Assembly (NCBI GenBank): GCA_963921275.4 | Contig: OZ001293.3 | Location: forward strand, 6,368,001-6,432,000 | Source: an uncultured Hormoscilla sp. | GTDB taxonomy: Bacteria; Cyanobacteriota; Cyanobacteriia; Cyanobacteriales; Desertifilaceae | DNA: 64,000 bases | Direction: 5' to 3' | Shown here: positions 1 through 11,743 of the stretch, one piece after another | How positions within the stretch are numbered: the first letter of the stretch is position 1 | Layout of the letters: each line of letters opens with the position of its first letter | Translations under genes and position numbers: made by a program | Notes under the pieces: generated by a model | The model's input: only the letters and a program-made list of their open reading frames with translations | The model's database searches: none | Told to the model about the DNA's origin: nothing

Positions 1-905
1 TAATTTCTTCGCGATCTAACTTATCTGCCAGGTGAAGACCTTTGAGCTAACCTAGCCTTTAGCTTAACGCTGGAGTCCTTCTTGCCAACAGATATCAATT
101 CGTTGAATACTTTCAAGCCTCCCAGATTAATGGCTATTCCAAAACGCTGTCTGTTGCTTCTGACTCTGGGTTTCACTCGTGCCGGATCTGAATCCAGACT
201 ATCTGCCAGTTCTCCTTGAAATTATCGCACGATCGCGCCAATTTTACCCGAATCTCCCGGATGATTCTGTAATTCTCGATCGAGATCCTTGAGCCAATGC
301 CATAATTGTACCTTCTCGTCATCTGTCAGACAATCTTCCGGGTCAATGGGCGAGTTCAAACTACTTTTTGCCCCCCAAGGAATTCCCGTCCAGTCTGCGG
401 CTTCCGCTGGACATATCAGGGTACTGGGGGATGTCATACCTACAGGTCTGCCCTTCAATAAAAATATATATATTTCTTCCCAGGGATTTTTTCCGTTAAG
501 CCGGTAGAGGCTCTTTTCCGCTGCAGGAATCAATTGCAGCAGGGCACCGATAAACCGATCTCCCTTCTTTTCGTCTAGGTCTAACAGTTTTGCTTTTAAA
601 GGAAATCCTTGAGCTTCCGCCAGGGCGAACGCCGCCAGCATTCCTTTCCATTCCCTCTTAATTTGGGGACGCAGGGGATGGTCCTCCTGCTGTAACACCA
701 TCTCCACCAACAGAGGACGCGCCCACATATCGGGGATGGAACTAAGTCTCGTCCCGTCAGCCGACGCCAGTAAAGCGAGGCTATCTGCCACCTCTGTAAA
801 GGCGTTCGCCGTTTGGCGTTGCCATTCTCCAGGTGTTCCGCTGAAAACTCGCGACTTGGGATTTTCCGGCGGCAATAATTTAGAAACGCTTTGATTGCTG
901 GTCAT
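1..905 (-). pseudogene. Conserved hypothetical protein of a putative tubulin-like gene cluster; internal stop at 222-224, runs off the window edge
   Basis: 227-aa ORF with an SSIPDMWARP motif; the frame continues past the TAA (FQGELADSLDSDPARVKPRVRS...) before further stops. Confidence 0.5.
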
Positions 906-911
906 TATCTC

Positions 912-1690
912 TTACTGCTGTTTGGAAATACTACGATATAGGGCTTTTACTAATCCTACTGTCCCGCGATTTGGCGGCTCTATTTCCCTGGCCATGCGGT
1001 TCAACTGCTCCAAGATGGAATTCGTTTCCACTGGCGTTCCCAAATCAACCAAATTTTTCAGTTCAAATCGCCTGTCTTTTGTCTTAGACTTTAATTCTAA
1101 TTTCCCATCTGCTTTTTTCTGTAGGAATACATGAGTGTTCAATAATTCTACCCCATTTGTCGAGCTATTGTTCGAGTCTATATCATGTATCCCTCCCAGC
1201 CATAGCAAATAATCTTGGCACCATTGTTCTACCGCCCGCAACCGGTCCTGTTCTTCGGGACTTTCCAGTTCTTGGCGATTAAAAAAGCGCAAACACCAAG
1301 GCACTCTATTTAGTCTTCCGCTCTCCCGAGCATACTGCAAATCTGGGACGATCGTCCAAATCCATATAAAGGCAAATCGAGCTGCATTCACCAGTTTACT
1401 CCTCACCTCATTGCGATCGGGGAGGTCTTCCCAAGTCACTTTCTGAGCGCTGTTGCGACTAGTCGTAATTATCGTCACCCCCTGTTGCTGGGTTGTCCCG
1501 TCCGCAAAAAGTCTCGTAAGGCCAGGGCTGCATATAGTTCTAGAAAATGGGGGATATTGCGTTGTTCTTTTCCGCCAGTGCTAAAATTCTCCTTCTCAAT
1601 TTGGCTGAACTGGGGAGTTCCCAGTCGGGCTTTCTTTGCTATATTGATCGTTATTGTTTGCTTTTTTTTACAACTTCTATCTACTATCAC
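912..1690 (-). pseudogene. C-terminal remnant of a tubulin-like (Tubulin_2-type) protein, frameshifted and 5'-truncated
   Basis: Two overlapping ORFs (1475-1690, 912-1478); FSTGGKEQRNIPHFLELYAALALRDF resembles the late motif of bacterial tubulin-like proteins; no GTPase N-terminus present. Confidence 0.4.
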
Positions 1691-1771
1691 ATATAGAACT
1701 GCCGTTTTTGGGTAGCGTAGAATACATTTTACAAAAATTTACAAAACTGACAATCTGACTTTCTCCAGTGA

Positions 1772-3187
1772 GTGATGATGAAAAAAGCAATCCGTCAAGG
1801 TGCCATCTGTAGCCTACTCCTGGCCCTGACTGCCTGTGGACCGGTAGAAGTAAAACGAGAATGCACCCTACCGTCAACCAGTCCCCAGCCTACAACCGGC
1901 AGTTCCCCCCAGTTAGACCAGGTGGGAACCAGCACAGTCACCCCAATTGTGGCCATAGATGGCACGCCCTCGATGCAAGGGTTTGTCAACATCCCCGGTA
2001 GTCACTACGTCAGCACCCTATGCCTAATTGACTCTGCGATTACCGCCTTTGAGAAATCTAATCCGCCGAGCTACTATAGTTTCGGCACCGAAATAATGCC
2101 CTTAGCAGAACAAAAATCGACTGAGGCCCAAAGTCCTTCCTTTTACGGTCGCAGCGCAGAACTCCAAGACACTCAAATAGAAAAAGCGATCGCCGCCCTA
2201 GATAACGTCAGCGGCGATAAACTGGCGATCGTGGTCACCGATCTGTATCAAAAAAATGCAGAAATTATCGCCATTATCCGTAATTTGAGAACCCACTATT
2301 TGGACAAAGGATATGCTGTCGGCATTGTGGCAGTCAGAAGTGAATTTGATGGAGTTGTTTACGATGTAGGTTTAGAAAACGAGTATTTTCTCTATCAAAC
2401 CAATCCCGATGACCCCGAAACTTTCCATCCCTTCTACGTTATAGTCTTGGGCACCTACAACAATGTAGAATATTTCTTCGATCAACTCAAAGAGAGTAAT
2501 AAAAGTCAAGAGTTTAACTTGCCAGCAGAACAATTTGTGATTTTTAATTCACAGCTTGTCAAGGAAAAAACGGCGCGATTGAACATCGAATCAGATTTTT
2601 TAGAACCCAATATAGAAGGAATTGAACGTTCCGTAGTGATTAATGACGGACAAGTAATGGTCAACATTACCGATAATCAAACCACAGAACGGTTAACGAT
2701 CCGCGAGGGAGTCGATCGCAATCTAGTAGAGAGCGAGAGAGAACAGAAGGTAAAGATTCCCTACGAAGTCTCCTACTCTCCTCAGCGGTACACCTTGTCT
2801 GCTGCTCCACCTTTTCAACTAAATTGGACTAGCCAAATTTTTAATTTCCAAACAGGTCAATTTGAACAGAAAGAAATCTCCAAGCAGAAAATAGACTTGA
2901 AGGAATGGAAGATTGAGGGCGATCGCATAAAATTCAACCTTGTGTTAAATTTACGCAATCTAGAAGAAGGCGTTTATACTTTGCAAGTGGATGTAGCAAT
3001 AGAAAACCTAAAAAGTCGCGACTGGTGGAAGGAATAAAATTTAGGCGAAAGAGAAAGTTTTGATGGGTCTAAGACTTATAACTTGTTACCCTTTCTCGAC
3101 AATTTGCGGCGAATTAATCAGCAAATGACGAAATCGCAAACAGGGGCGATCGCCCGTCTCTGTTACGTGATTAACAAAGAATACTAA
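1772..3187 (+). pseudogene. Lipoprotein with vWA-like motifs; premature stop at 3035-3037
   Basis: Lipobox LTAC, MIDAS-like DGTPSM and VVTD; the frame continues after the TAA (NLGERESFDGSKTYNLLPFL...) to 3187. Confidence 0.55.
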
Positions 3188-3364
3188 TAGCATTTCTGTT
3201 ATGCAATCAAGCATTTAGAGGATACCCCTCTCTTTTGCTCTCAGTAGGTTTGGTTGACTTTGTTACCCAGCTAGCGATGGTGCAAACAACATCTATTGGT
3301 TGGGTTGAGGCACGAAACCCAACCTACAACTACTGACAACTTGGCGCGATCGCCCTTAAATTCC

Positions 3365-3550
3365 TTACTGTCCAAACTCCACGCGGGCCTGTTCGACAAT
3401 CTCGACCGTCACCACATCGGACCCCGTTTGCCGGGCCAACTGCTCAATCCGTTGACGGGCGGACGATCGCACGAAAAAGGGAATACTTTTCAGCTTGGCC
3501 TTAGCTTCAGCGGTCCATTTAAATTCATCTGCTAGATCTGAATCTTGCAT
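3365..3550 (-). CDS. PCP_red (protochlorophyllide reductase C-terminal-like) small protein
   Basis: [29 protein letters not shown] motif. Confidence 0.8.
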   Translation of the reverse strand: MQDSDLADEFKWTAEAKAKLKSIPFFVRSSARQRIEQLARQTGSDVVTVEIVEQARVEFGQ

Positions 3551-3633
3551 GGGAATGCCTTTACTTATTAGCTTAGATTTTATCTTATTGTAGCGCGACT
3601 TTTTCCCAACCAGCTAAGTCTCTACAGTCGTCA

Positions 3634-3662
3634 AAAAAGCTCCTGCGTGAGATGCAGGAGCT
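3634..3662 (-). terminator. Intrinsic terminator downstream of psbC
   Basis: Hairpin AGCTCCTGC-N-GCAGGAGCT with an A-run on + (U-run on -). Confidence 0.7.
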
Positions 3663-3706
3663 CAGATAAGTTAAAGAGAAATTATTCTCTTTACATGGAT
3701 AGATTA

Positions 3707-5095
3707 TTAGTCGAGGTTAGGCATAGAGAGCACTGGCTCCGTATCCCGATCGATTCCCTTTTCAAAGCCAGCAGCAGCAGCGCGAGCGCGACCAGCGTGC
3801 CACAGATGTCCGACTAAGAAGAAGAAACCGAGAATGAAGTGAGAGCCAGCTAGCCAAGCACGGGGATTAACATAGTTAAAGCCTTGAGCCTCAGTGATAA
3901 TCCCACCCACAGAGTTGATGGAACCATTAGGAGCATGAGTCATGTACTCAGATGCACGACGAACTTGCCAAGGCTGAATATCGTTCCTCAGCTTGTTCAA
4001 GTCCAGACCGTTGGGGCCGCGCAGAGGCTCCAACCAGGGACCTTGGAAATCCCAGAAACGCATCGTTTCACCACCGAAGATAATTTCCCCAGTCGGAGAA
4101 CGCATCAGGTACTTACCCAGACCCGTAGGACCTTGGGAAGAAGCGATGTTAGCACCCAGTTTCTGGTCGCGGACCAAGAACACAAAAGACTGAGCCTGAG
4201 AAGCTTCAGCATTTGTAGGACCGTAAAATTCGCTAGGATAAGCCGTGTTGTTGAACCAAACGTAGGCAGAGGCAATGAAGCCCATCATGCACAGGGCCCC
4301 CAAGCTGTAGGAGAGATAAGCTTCACCAGACCAGATAAACGCGCGACGCGCCCAACCAAAAGGCTTAGTCAGAATGTGCCAGACACCACCACCAATGCAG
4401 ATCAGACCAATCCAGATGTGACCGCCGATGATATCTTCCATATTATTGACGCCGACAATCCAGCCTTTTCCACCGAACGGAGAGTCCAGCAAATAACCGA
4501 AGATAACTGCGGGGTTGAGGGTGGGATTGGCGATTACGCGCACGTCACCACCACCGGGTGCCCAGGTATCATAGACACCACCAAAGAACATCGCCTTAAA
4601 CACCAGCAACAGAGCACCACAACCCAACAGGATCAGGTGGTAGCCGATGATGTTGGTCATTTGGTTCTTGTCTTTCCAGTCATAACCAAAGAAGCTGGAA
4701 TATTCTTCTAAGGTTTCTGGACCGCGAAGGGTGTGATAGAGGCCCCCCAGACCGAGAACGGCCGATGAAATTAGGTGCAGCACCCCAATCACAAAGTAGG
4801 GGAAGACATCTATTACTTCACCGCCAGGACCAACACCCCAGCCGAGAGTGGCCATGTGAGGCATCAAGATCAAGCCTTGCTCATACATGGGCTTTTCCGG
4901 GACGAAGTGAGCGACCTCAAACAACGTCATTGCCCCAGCCCAGAATACGATCAGACCAGCGTGGGCCACGTGAGCACCCAGTAGCTTACCGGACAGGTCG
5001 ATCAGACGAGCGTTACCCGCCCACCAGGCAAACCCAGTGGATTCTAGGTCACGACCGCTCATCACCATTGAACTATTAAAGGATGTTTGTACCAT
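3707..5095 (-). CDS. psbC: Photosystem II CP43 protein, divergent stand-alone copy
   Basis: [12 protein letters not shown], full lumenal loop with [10 protein letters not shown]-terminal [19 protein letters not shown]; probable ATG at 5095. Confidence 0.95.
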   Translation of the reverse strand: MVQTSFNSSMVMSGRDLESTGFAWWAGNARLIDLSGKLLGAHVAHAGLIVFWAGAMTLFEVAHFVPEKPMYEQGLILMPHMATLGWGVGPGGEVIDVFPYFVIGVLHLISSAVLGLGGLYHTLRGPETLEEYSSFFGYDWKDKNQMTNIIGYHLILLGCGALLLVFKAMFFGGVYDTWAPGGGDVRVIANPTLNPAVIFGYLLDSPFGGKGWIVGVNNMEDIIGGHIWIGLICIGGGVWHILTKPFGWARRAFIWSGEAYLSYSLGALCMMGFIASAYVWFNNTAYPSEFYGPTNAEASQAQSFVFLVRDQKLGANIASSQGPTGLGKYLMRSPTGEIIFGGETMRFWDFQGPWLEPLRGPNGLDLNKLRNDIQPWQVRRASEYMTHAPNGSINSVGGIITEAQGFNYVNPRAWLAGSHFILGFFFLVGHLWHAGRARAAAAGFEKGIDRDTEPVLSMPNLD

Positions 5096-5149
5096 AACCA
5101 CTTTTGCGATCGACAAAACAGTCAAAATTTATGTGAGCCTTGGCCATTT

Positions 5150-5440
5150 ACGATATCTCTTGGGAGCTCGATGTTTCGGGGTCGAGGTATCTCCTGGGAG
5201 CTTGATGTCCCCCGGACGCACTTCGATGCCTACCGTTCCGGAAAAATCGGGATGCTACGCTGCGCGAAAAATCGCAAAAACCTACGATGCCTTCCGGACG
5301 CACGGCGAAAACCCGGAAGGCATCGCTCAGGCATCGTCGAAACCCGGGGGACATCATCTGAGCACTACCCAGGAGATACCTCGCGCTAGTCGCACTACCC
5401 CCGAAACATCGTAATCGCACTACCCAAGAGACATCGTCCT
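5150..5440. repeat. Composite palindromic/MITE-like repeat
   Basis: CGATGCCT...CCGGAAGGCATCG units shared with ~52530-52640 and ~57600-57665; GCACTACCC...ACATCG units shared with ~30990-31050. Confidence 0.6.
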
Positions 5441-5704
5441 ATGACCAACCACCTGAGCTTAGCCCCTACCCGCTGACGAGTCAGCCGGTGGCTAATTCAT
5501 TTTTCTTAACATAACACAGTTTTCTGGGAATGATAGGCAAATCCTTGACAGGATTGGCTTTCCCAGGATAAATACTATAATAATCTAAATTGAAAAATTT
5601 ACAATATTTCACATGAATTCTCATAAAATTGGGCGATCGCGCCGGTTATAGAGCAGGTTAAGAGCATCGCCAAATCCAGTCACCCTCGGAGTTTAAGAAG
5701 TTTT

Positions 5705-6271
5705 ATGACAGCACAGACAACCTCGACCGACAATGCCATCTTACGTCAGCAAGTTTTAGGCTCCCGCCGGTTCAGTAACTACTGGTGGACGACGGTAGTC
5801 TCCGCCGGAGCCGGTGGTTTCTTGCTAGCTGGACTCTCAAGCTACTTACAAGTCAACCTGCTACCGTTTAGCAATCCCGAGGAACTGATGTTTGTTCCTC
5901 AAGGCTTGGTGATGAGTCTGTATGGAATAGCGGGCTTGCTGTTGGCACTTTACCTCTGGCTAACGATCCTCTGGGATCTGGGAGGGGGTTACAATGAATT
6001 TAATCGCCAGACCGACCGGGCCATTGTGTTCCGCTGGGGATACCCGGGTAAGAATCGCCGGATAGAGATTAGCTGTCCTCTAGAAGATGTCCAAGCGATA
6101 ATAGTCAAGCTCAAAGAAGGGCTTAACCCTCGGCGGGCCATTTATATACGTGTCAAGGGCAAGGCAAATATTCCCCTGACGAGGGTGGGGCAACCGCTAG
6201 CCCTGAGTACACTAGAAAATCAGGCCGCCGAGTTGGCTCGTTTTCTGGAAGTGCCCATTGAAGGTCTTTGA
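5705..6271 (+). CDS. ycf4: Photosystem I assembly protein Ycf4
   Basis: LGSRRFSNYWW, FVPQGLVM, FRWGYPGKNRRI motifs. Confidence 0.95.
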   Translation: MTAQTTSTDNAILRQQVLGSRRFSNYWWTTVVSAGAGGFLLAGLSSYLQVNLLPFSNPEELMFVPQGLVMSLYGIAGLLLALYLWLTILWDLGGGYNEFNRQTDRAIVFRWGYPGKNRRIEISCPLEDVQAIIVKLKEGLNPRRAIYIRVKGKANIPLTRVGQPLALSTLENQAAELARFLEVPIEGL

Positions 6272-6389
6272 GGCCAGCGTCTTACCCCTGAAGGGTGGGG
6301 CTACACAAACAAAGACCGCCTACGCGGTCTCAATCCCATGTTTAGATAAGATAATTATGTATACTTGGTAACAAATAGGTGACGTCAAA

Positions 6390-7115
6390 ATGCAGATAGA
6401 GGCAAAACGCTGGTTATCTATACTCTTAGTGATTGCTGCTTTGCTCATGGCCGGATGTATGTCGCAAGCGACAACTACATCGGCACCCGAGAGACAAGCA
6501 AGTAATCAGGAAAATAGCAATTTACCTAGGCTGTTGGGTAAGGCCACGGTAGAGATGATGGTTGAAGGTAAAGACTCGCCGATTATAATCAACCTGGATG
6601 GAACTCAGGCTCCGATCACTGCCGGTAATTTTGTCGATCTAGTCGATCGGGGGGTCTATGATGGTCTGGTGTTTCACCGGGTGGTGCGGGAACCCCAGCC
6701 GTTTGTGGTTCAGGGTGGGGATCCACAGAGCAAAGACCCCAAATTTTCACCAGAACGACTGGGAACTGGTAGTTATATAGATCCAGCGACATCTCAGCCT
6801 CGCTACATTCCTTTAGAAATTATGCCTCAAGGCTCGGAAGAACCGGTTTACTCTCAGACTTTCAAGAGCGCCAGTATTTCTGTAAAGCCAGTGCTCAAGC
6901 ATACTCGCGGTGCTGTGGCAATGGCTCGTTCTCCTTATCCTGACTCGGCTTCCTCCCAGTTTTATTTTTGTTTAGCTGACTTGCCGTTCTTGGATGGTGA
7001 CTATGCTGTGTTTGGATATGTTACCGAGGGGATGGATGTGGTAGACTCAATTGTCCAGGGCGATCGCATCAAGTCTGCCAGGGTAGTCCAAGGCTTAGAA
7101 TACTTGAGAAAATAG
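6390..7115 (+). CDS. Cyclophilin-type peptidyl-prolyl isomerase (lipoprotein)
   Basis: [38 protein letters not shown]. Confidence 0.93.
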   Translation: MQIEAKRWLSILLVIAALLMAGCMSQATTTSAPERQASNQENSNLPRLLGKATVEMMVEGKDSPIIINLDGTQAPITAGNFVDLVDRGVYDGLVFHRVVREPQPFVVQGGDPQSKDPKFSPERLGTGSYIDPATSQPRYIPLEIMPQGSEEPVYSQTFKSASISVKPVLKHTRGAVAMARSPYPDSASSQFYFCLADLPFLDGDYAVFGYVTEGMDVVDSIVQGDRIKSARVVQGLEYLRK

Positions 7116-7134
7116 ACCTCGCAGCCGGGAGCAT

Positions 7135-7168
7135 GTCAGTGGTCAGTGGTCAGTGGTCAGTGGTCAGT
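7135..7168. repeat. STRR-type heptamer tandem repeat (GTCAGTG)n
   Basis: About 5 tandem copies. Confidence 0.8.
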
Positions 7169-7236
7169 AGGTGCTATAACGGGACTTAGACAAAATCTAA
7201 TTCCAAACCAACCTATATAAGATTCCTGGGCATTAA

Positions 7237-8595
7237 CTACGCTGAATCAGTGCCGGAGCAATAGCTAGTAGCATCGGCTGATACTTCAGATGAGCCGTAG
7301 AGGTTAATCAGAATTCCTTCAGGAATATACTTACAAAAGTTTTCCCACAGCTTAGTATCGAGTTCTTCACCACTAGTGATCCAATACCTGAGCCGAGATA
7401 GAGTTCGCGACAAATCTAGTTCTGTTTCTAATATGACATTGAGCAAGGAAGGGACTAGCAATAAACGTGTAACGGAATGCTCCGCTAAAGCCTTCACGAA
7501 ACGATCGGGTTCTTTGACCACAGCATCAGGAATAATAACTGTGGGAATCCCCTGAAGTAAAGCACCAAAAACTTCCCAAACTGAGTCAACAAAACTCAAA
7601 GAGGTTTTCTGGCAGCAAACTTCATCAGGAGCAAAGGGATAAGTTGTCCACATCCAGTGAAAACGATTGACAGCACCTTGGTGAATACCCATTACTCCCT
7701 TGGGTTTTCCTGTAGAGCCTGAAGTGTAAATCACGTAAGCTAGGTTGTCTGAAGTTATATCGCTGACCGGATTGTTGTGACTATGGGTATTAATTAATTG
7801 CCAATCTGTATCAATACAAACTATGGAGGCTGGATGTTTTTGCGGTAATGAATCTAGTAAATTCTGTTGAGTTAGTAACACCTGTACCGCACTATCACAG
7901 AGCATATAATTCAATCGTTCTTGAGGATAGTTGGGGTCAAGAGGAACATAAGCACCACCCGCTTTGAGAACCCCTAATATTGCCACCACCATTTCCAGAG
8001 AACGCTCAACGCATATACCAACTAGTGTTTCTGAGCCTACACCTAAGCTTTGCAGATAATGAGCTAACTGATTCGCTTTTTGATTCAATTTCTCGTAAGT
8101 CAACTGCTCATTTTCAAATACGACTGCTGTAGCATCTGGTGTTTTTGCTACCTGTTCTTCAAATAACTGGTGGATACATTTGTCTTGAGTATATTCATTA
8201 GCTGTTTGATTCCAATCTACTAGTAACTGCTGTCGTTCCTGTGCTGTTAAAATTGGCAGTTGAGCTAATGTTTGTTCTAAGTTTTCTGGGGTTTCGTACT
8301 GCGAGATAGCAGTTAATAAGGTCTTTAGATGACCTAACATACGTTGAATAGCATCTTCCTCAAAACGGTTACTATCGTAAATAATTCTCAGTCGCAATTC
8401 TCTAGCAGGGGTCACAATTACGGTCAGAGCGTAGTTAGTTGGTTCAAAGCTGGATAAATTGCTGATTTCTAGACCAAAATATTGCTGTTTTAAAGATATA
8501 TCTAGAGGATAATTTTCAAAGACGACGATGCTCTCAAACAAAGACAATCTTTTCCTTATTTGACTCCAAGACTGAATATCTACTATTGGTCCCAA
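7237..8595 (-). pseudogene. NRPS fragment (end of a condensation domain plus a partial adenylation domain)
   Basis: FENYP, LTYEKLN, YVPLDPNYP, YTSGSTGKPKG, NLYGSSE; lacks the late A-domain motifs and the PCP; truncated at both ends. Confidence 0.85.
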
Positions 8596-8796
8596 TCAGT
8601 AATTTTATGATTATTACCAGGAGGTTTATTGGGTATGGCCTGATAGTCACCAGTTTGGGCTTGGCATTGTCGCCAAAGCTTGATGGTATTGCGGCTGACG
8701 CGAAACCTTTGGCTCGCGCAAAGTTTTTGGCATCCCATCCAATTCTATAGCTTCAATAACCTTCCTGCGGAAATCATAACTATAAGGTTTGGGCAT
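8590..8796 (-). mobile_element. IS630-family transposase N-terminal remnant
   Basis: MPKPYSYDFRRKVIEAIELDG, then frameshifted SRNTIKLW...NHKITDW. Confidence 0.75.
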
Positions 8797-9147
8797 ATTG
8801 ACTCTCCTAATTCTCTAGCACGTCTAAATCATTTGTGCAAAAACTTGTCGGGGCAATCCTCGGTGGCTTTCGCTACCCAACATGAAAGGAACAGTATCAG
8901 GGCCAGGAGAATCGTCCCGTATGGGTAGTTGCTAAGCGCGAGGTTCCGTCTCTATTTCCATTACACAACTCCGGCCCCAGTATACTATACATCCTCTAGT
9001 TGATAGTTGTCAAGATATAGGGATTTGGCTTGAAACCCGAGCGGGCGCCTTAATCGCTACCTGCCACCCACTACCCTCTAGTTGACGTCCTAACGACCTT
9101 GTCCATTGCTATAACAACTAACAACTAACAACTAACACTAGATCGAC

Positions 9148-9180
9148 AAAACCCTGCAACCATTTCTGATTGCAGGGCTT
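9148..9180 (-). terminator. Terminator downstream of tRNA-fMet
   Basis: CCCTGCAA...TTGCAGGG hairpin with an A-run on +. Confidence 0.65.
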
Positions 9181-9196
9181 GGCTTTTATTGATATT

Positions 9197-9517
<321 letters not shown>

Positions 9518-9667
9518 TCGATAAATCTACTATAACTAAAAAAAACAGATCTGGCAACCCAATTTGAACAAATTTTGTGAAAAATTTCTCAAATATACGG
9601 TCCGATCCTCTGGAAAGCCTCTCCCTGACAGAGTTTGAGAGATTCTGAGATCTGAAAAAATTTTTTT

Positions 9668-10621
9668 TCAGATCATCGATAATTCCCCAATCACCTCCAA
9701 GCGCTTGAAATCAGTCAATGTCATGAACTTCTCAGCCAGATTTTCCGCTACTGCCGGCGTTATCCAACCTAGCTGCTTCAGTAAATGAATCGCCACAGCA
9801 TGTTTAGCCCGTTTGGATCCATCCATCACTTTAATGGCTAATCCCATGCCCTCGCCTACCCTACCAATGCACTGAACTCCTTCAGCACCAGCTTTGCTGA
9901 CGAGTTCTCCTAAACTCGCCGTCATGAGTTCGCTGTCAAACTCACCAACTCCAGCTATCAGAGTCGGGTGATTTATCATCGCCCGGACAATGCGCTCCAT
10001 ATCCAGATTGTCACCGGAGGTCAGCTGTCCATACAAACTAGCCATTTGTCTCAGTTCCATCACATAGGTAGGGGCACCACAATCATCCCGAGCACCAATA
10101 AACTCATCAGCTGGCATCCGCAGCAGCTCTGCGACTTTGGTCAAAATCAGCTGCTGCACGGGATGAAAGCGCCACAAGTAAGTTTCCACCGGCCAGTCCC
10201 GTTGCCGACAGACAGCCAGCATCCCCGCATGTTTGCCAGAGCAATTGTGTTGCAGGGGACTTTCTTTCCCTTCTGGGATGGGACATTGAAGCATGGTGGC
10301 ATCCACATCACAGCGCCACAGCACGTTAAAGGCCTGCCGCGCTTGCTCTGTTGTCCCTTTGTGAGAGCTACAAACGATCGCTAAATCTCGCTCTGTGAGG
10401 TCGTAGCGTTGCATCGTGCCTGTGGTGGTCACGGCTAGCGCTTGAAAAGGCTTCAGTGATGAACGGACGAAGGTGGCGGTTTCTTTGTCACCGGCTACGG
10501 AAAGCACGCGCCCCTTGTCGTCACAGACAACCGCTTGGACGCGATGAGTCGATTCTGTAATTCCTTCGCGCAGCAACCTGACTTCAAGTTCTGCTGCTTG
10601 AGTTCGTTTTACTCTGGTCAT
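9668..10621 (-). CDS. L-asparaginase II family protein
   Basis: RSSLKPFQA, SSHKG, HNCSGKHAGM, DDCGAP, SKAGAEG. Confidence 0.9.
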   Translation of the reverse strand: MTRVKRTQAAELEVRLLREGITESTHRVQAVVCDDKGRVLSVAGDKETATFVRSSLKPFQALAVTTTGTMQRYDLTERDLAIVCSSHKGTTEQARQAFNVLWRCDVDATMLQCPIPEGKESPLQHNCSGKHAGMLAVCRQRDWPVETYLWRFHPVQQLILTKVAELLRMPADEFIGARDDCGAPTYVMELRQMASLYGQLTSGDNLDMERIVRAMINHPTLIAGVGEFDSELMTASLGELVSKAGAEGVQCIGRVGEGMGLAIKVMDGSKRAKHAVAIHLLKQLGWITPAVAENLAEKFMTLTDFKRLEVIGELSMI

Positions 10622-10673
10622 AACTTTGACTGTAGCATTTCCGGGACTACCGACGATCGGGCACTTTTATGTT

Positions 10674-11198
10674 TCAACTATATAAGCTTTGCCGTAGTGA
10701 CCAAGCAACCCAAGTTATCATCTCAACTAGGAGCCATAAAGCCAGTAATCCCAAGGTTCGCACCACCCGTCGGAGAATAGGTTGGACTTGGTAGATGAAT
10801 ATCAGCCGGTCCTGAGCCAACATTTCTGGAGTTTTCGCCCAGGTTTGACCGTCATACCAGCCCGATTCTTCATAGAATACTGTCTCACTATTGAGGCGAT
10901 CGCCGACATATTTCCATCCCAGATAAAGCCTCAGCAGTAGCAAACTCAAGCAGAAGCTAGCACCACCCGCACCACAGAGGAGGAACTGGACTGGCACCTT
11001 CGCCGGTGCAAAGCTTGCTGCTGCCACTGGTCCAGTTATCAACCAACTGATACCCCAAATTACCGCTATTTTAGTCAAATAGCCTGGCAGTTCGAGAGTT
11101 GCCCAGCCAAAAAAACAAGAGTCACTCAAGTTTTTATACTCATTAATTGGTAGCTGTTCCCATGGCACGGGGCAAGCTGAGACCGGAGGTTCTCTCAT
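10674..11198 (-). CDS. CGLD27/Ycf36 (DUF1230) family protein
   Basis: CPVPWEQLPINEY, RLYLGW, YEESGWYDGQTW. Confidence 0.9.
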   Translation of the reverse strand: MREPPVSACPVPWEQLPINEYKNLSDSCFFGWATLELPGYLTKIAVIWGISWLITGPVAAASFAPAKVPVQFLLCGAGGASFCLSLLLLRLYLGWKYVGDRLNSETVFYEESGWYDGQTWAKTPEMLAQDRLIFIYQVQPILRRVVRTLGLLALWLLVEMITWVAWSLRQSLYS

Positions 11199-11213
11199 GC
11201 AGATCCTCCTCTA

Positions 11214-11585
11214 TCAATTAGCACTACTATCAAATTCTATGCGTTCCGCATGTCCCCAAAAGGCTTCTAGGTTATAATACTCCCGTTCTGTGGGCATAAA
11301 GATGTGAGCGATCGCATCCGAGTAGTCAAGGAGTACCCAACTCCCTTCTGCTTTCCCTTCCGTTCGCACCGGATAGCGATCGAGAGTCAAAACTACCCGC
11401 TCTTCGATCGAGCGGGCGATCGCCCGCACCTGGACTTTCGAGAACCCCGTGACGATCACGAAGTAATCCGCCAGATAGGACACTTCTGACACGCCAAGGA
11501 TGACAATGTCTGCTGCTTTGCGATCGTCAGCTGCCGCAGCTATTGTCTTCGCTAGTTTTAAGCTATCTTCTGAGCTTGATTCCAT
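11214..11585 (-). CDS. rsfS: Ribosome silencing factor (Iojap)
   Basis: [30 protein letters not shown]. Confidence 0.93.
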   Translation of the reverse strand: MESSSEDSLKLAKTIAAAADDRKAADIVILGVSEVSYLADYFVIVTGFSKVQVRAIARSIEERVVLTLDRYPVRTEGKAEGSWVLLDYSDAIAHIFMPTEREYYNLEAFWGHAERIEFDSSAN

Positions 11586-11743
11586 TTTCTTACTAGCGCT
11601 GTGTGTCCCCCCTTTTGTGCGATTAGCGCCCTGCGTCTCCTATGAAGTGCGATTAGCGCTCCGGTGGAGACGCAGCACAGGGGGACACAGCAGCAACCGG
11701 TCTATCTGGTGAGGAATTTATTTATTTTATCATAAAACCCAGA

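Noticed and set aside
3884..4711. 275-aa ORF on + and other long antisense ORFs over psbC, apt, asparaginase and the LRR genes
   Set aside because: Shadow frames of well-supported genes on the opposite strand
3707..5095. isiA/pcb chlorophyll-binding protein
   Set aside because: It retains the large lumenal loop with GGETMRFWD, which IsiA and Pcb lack
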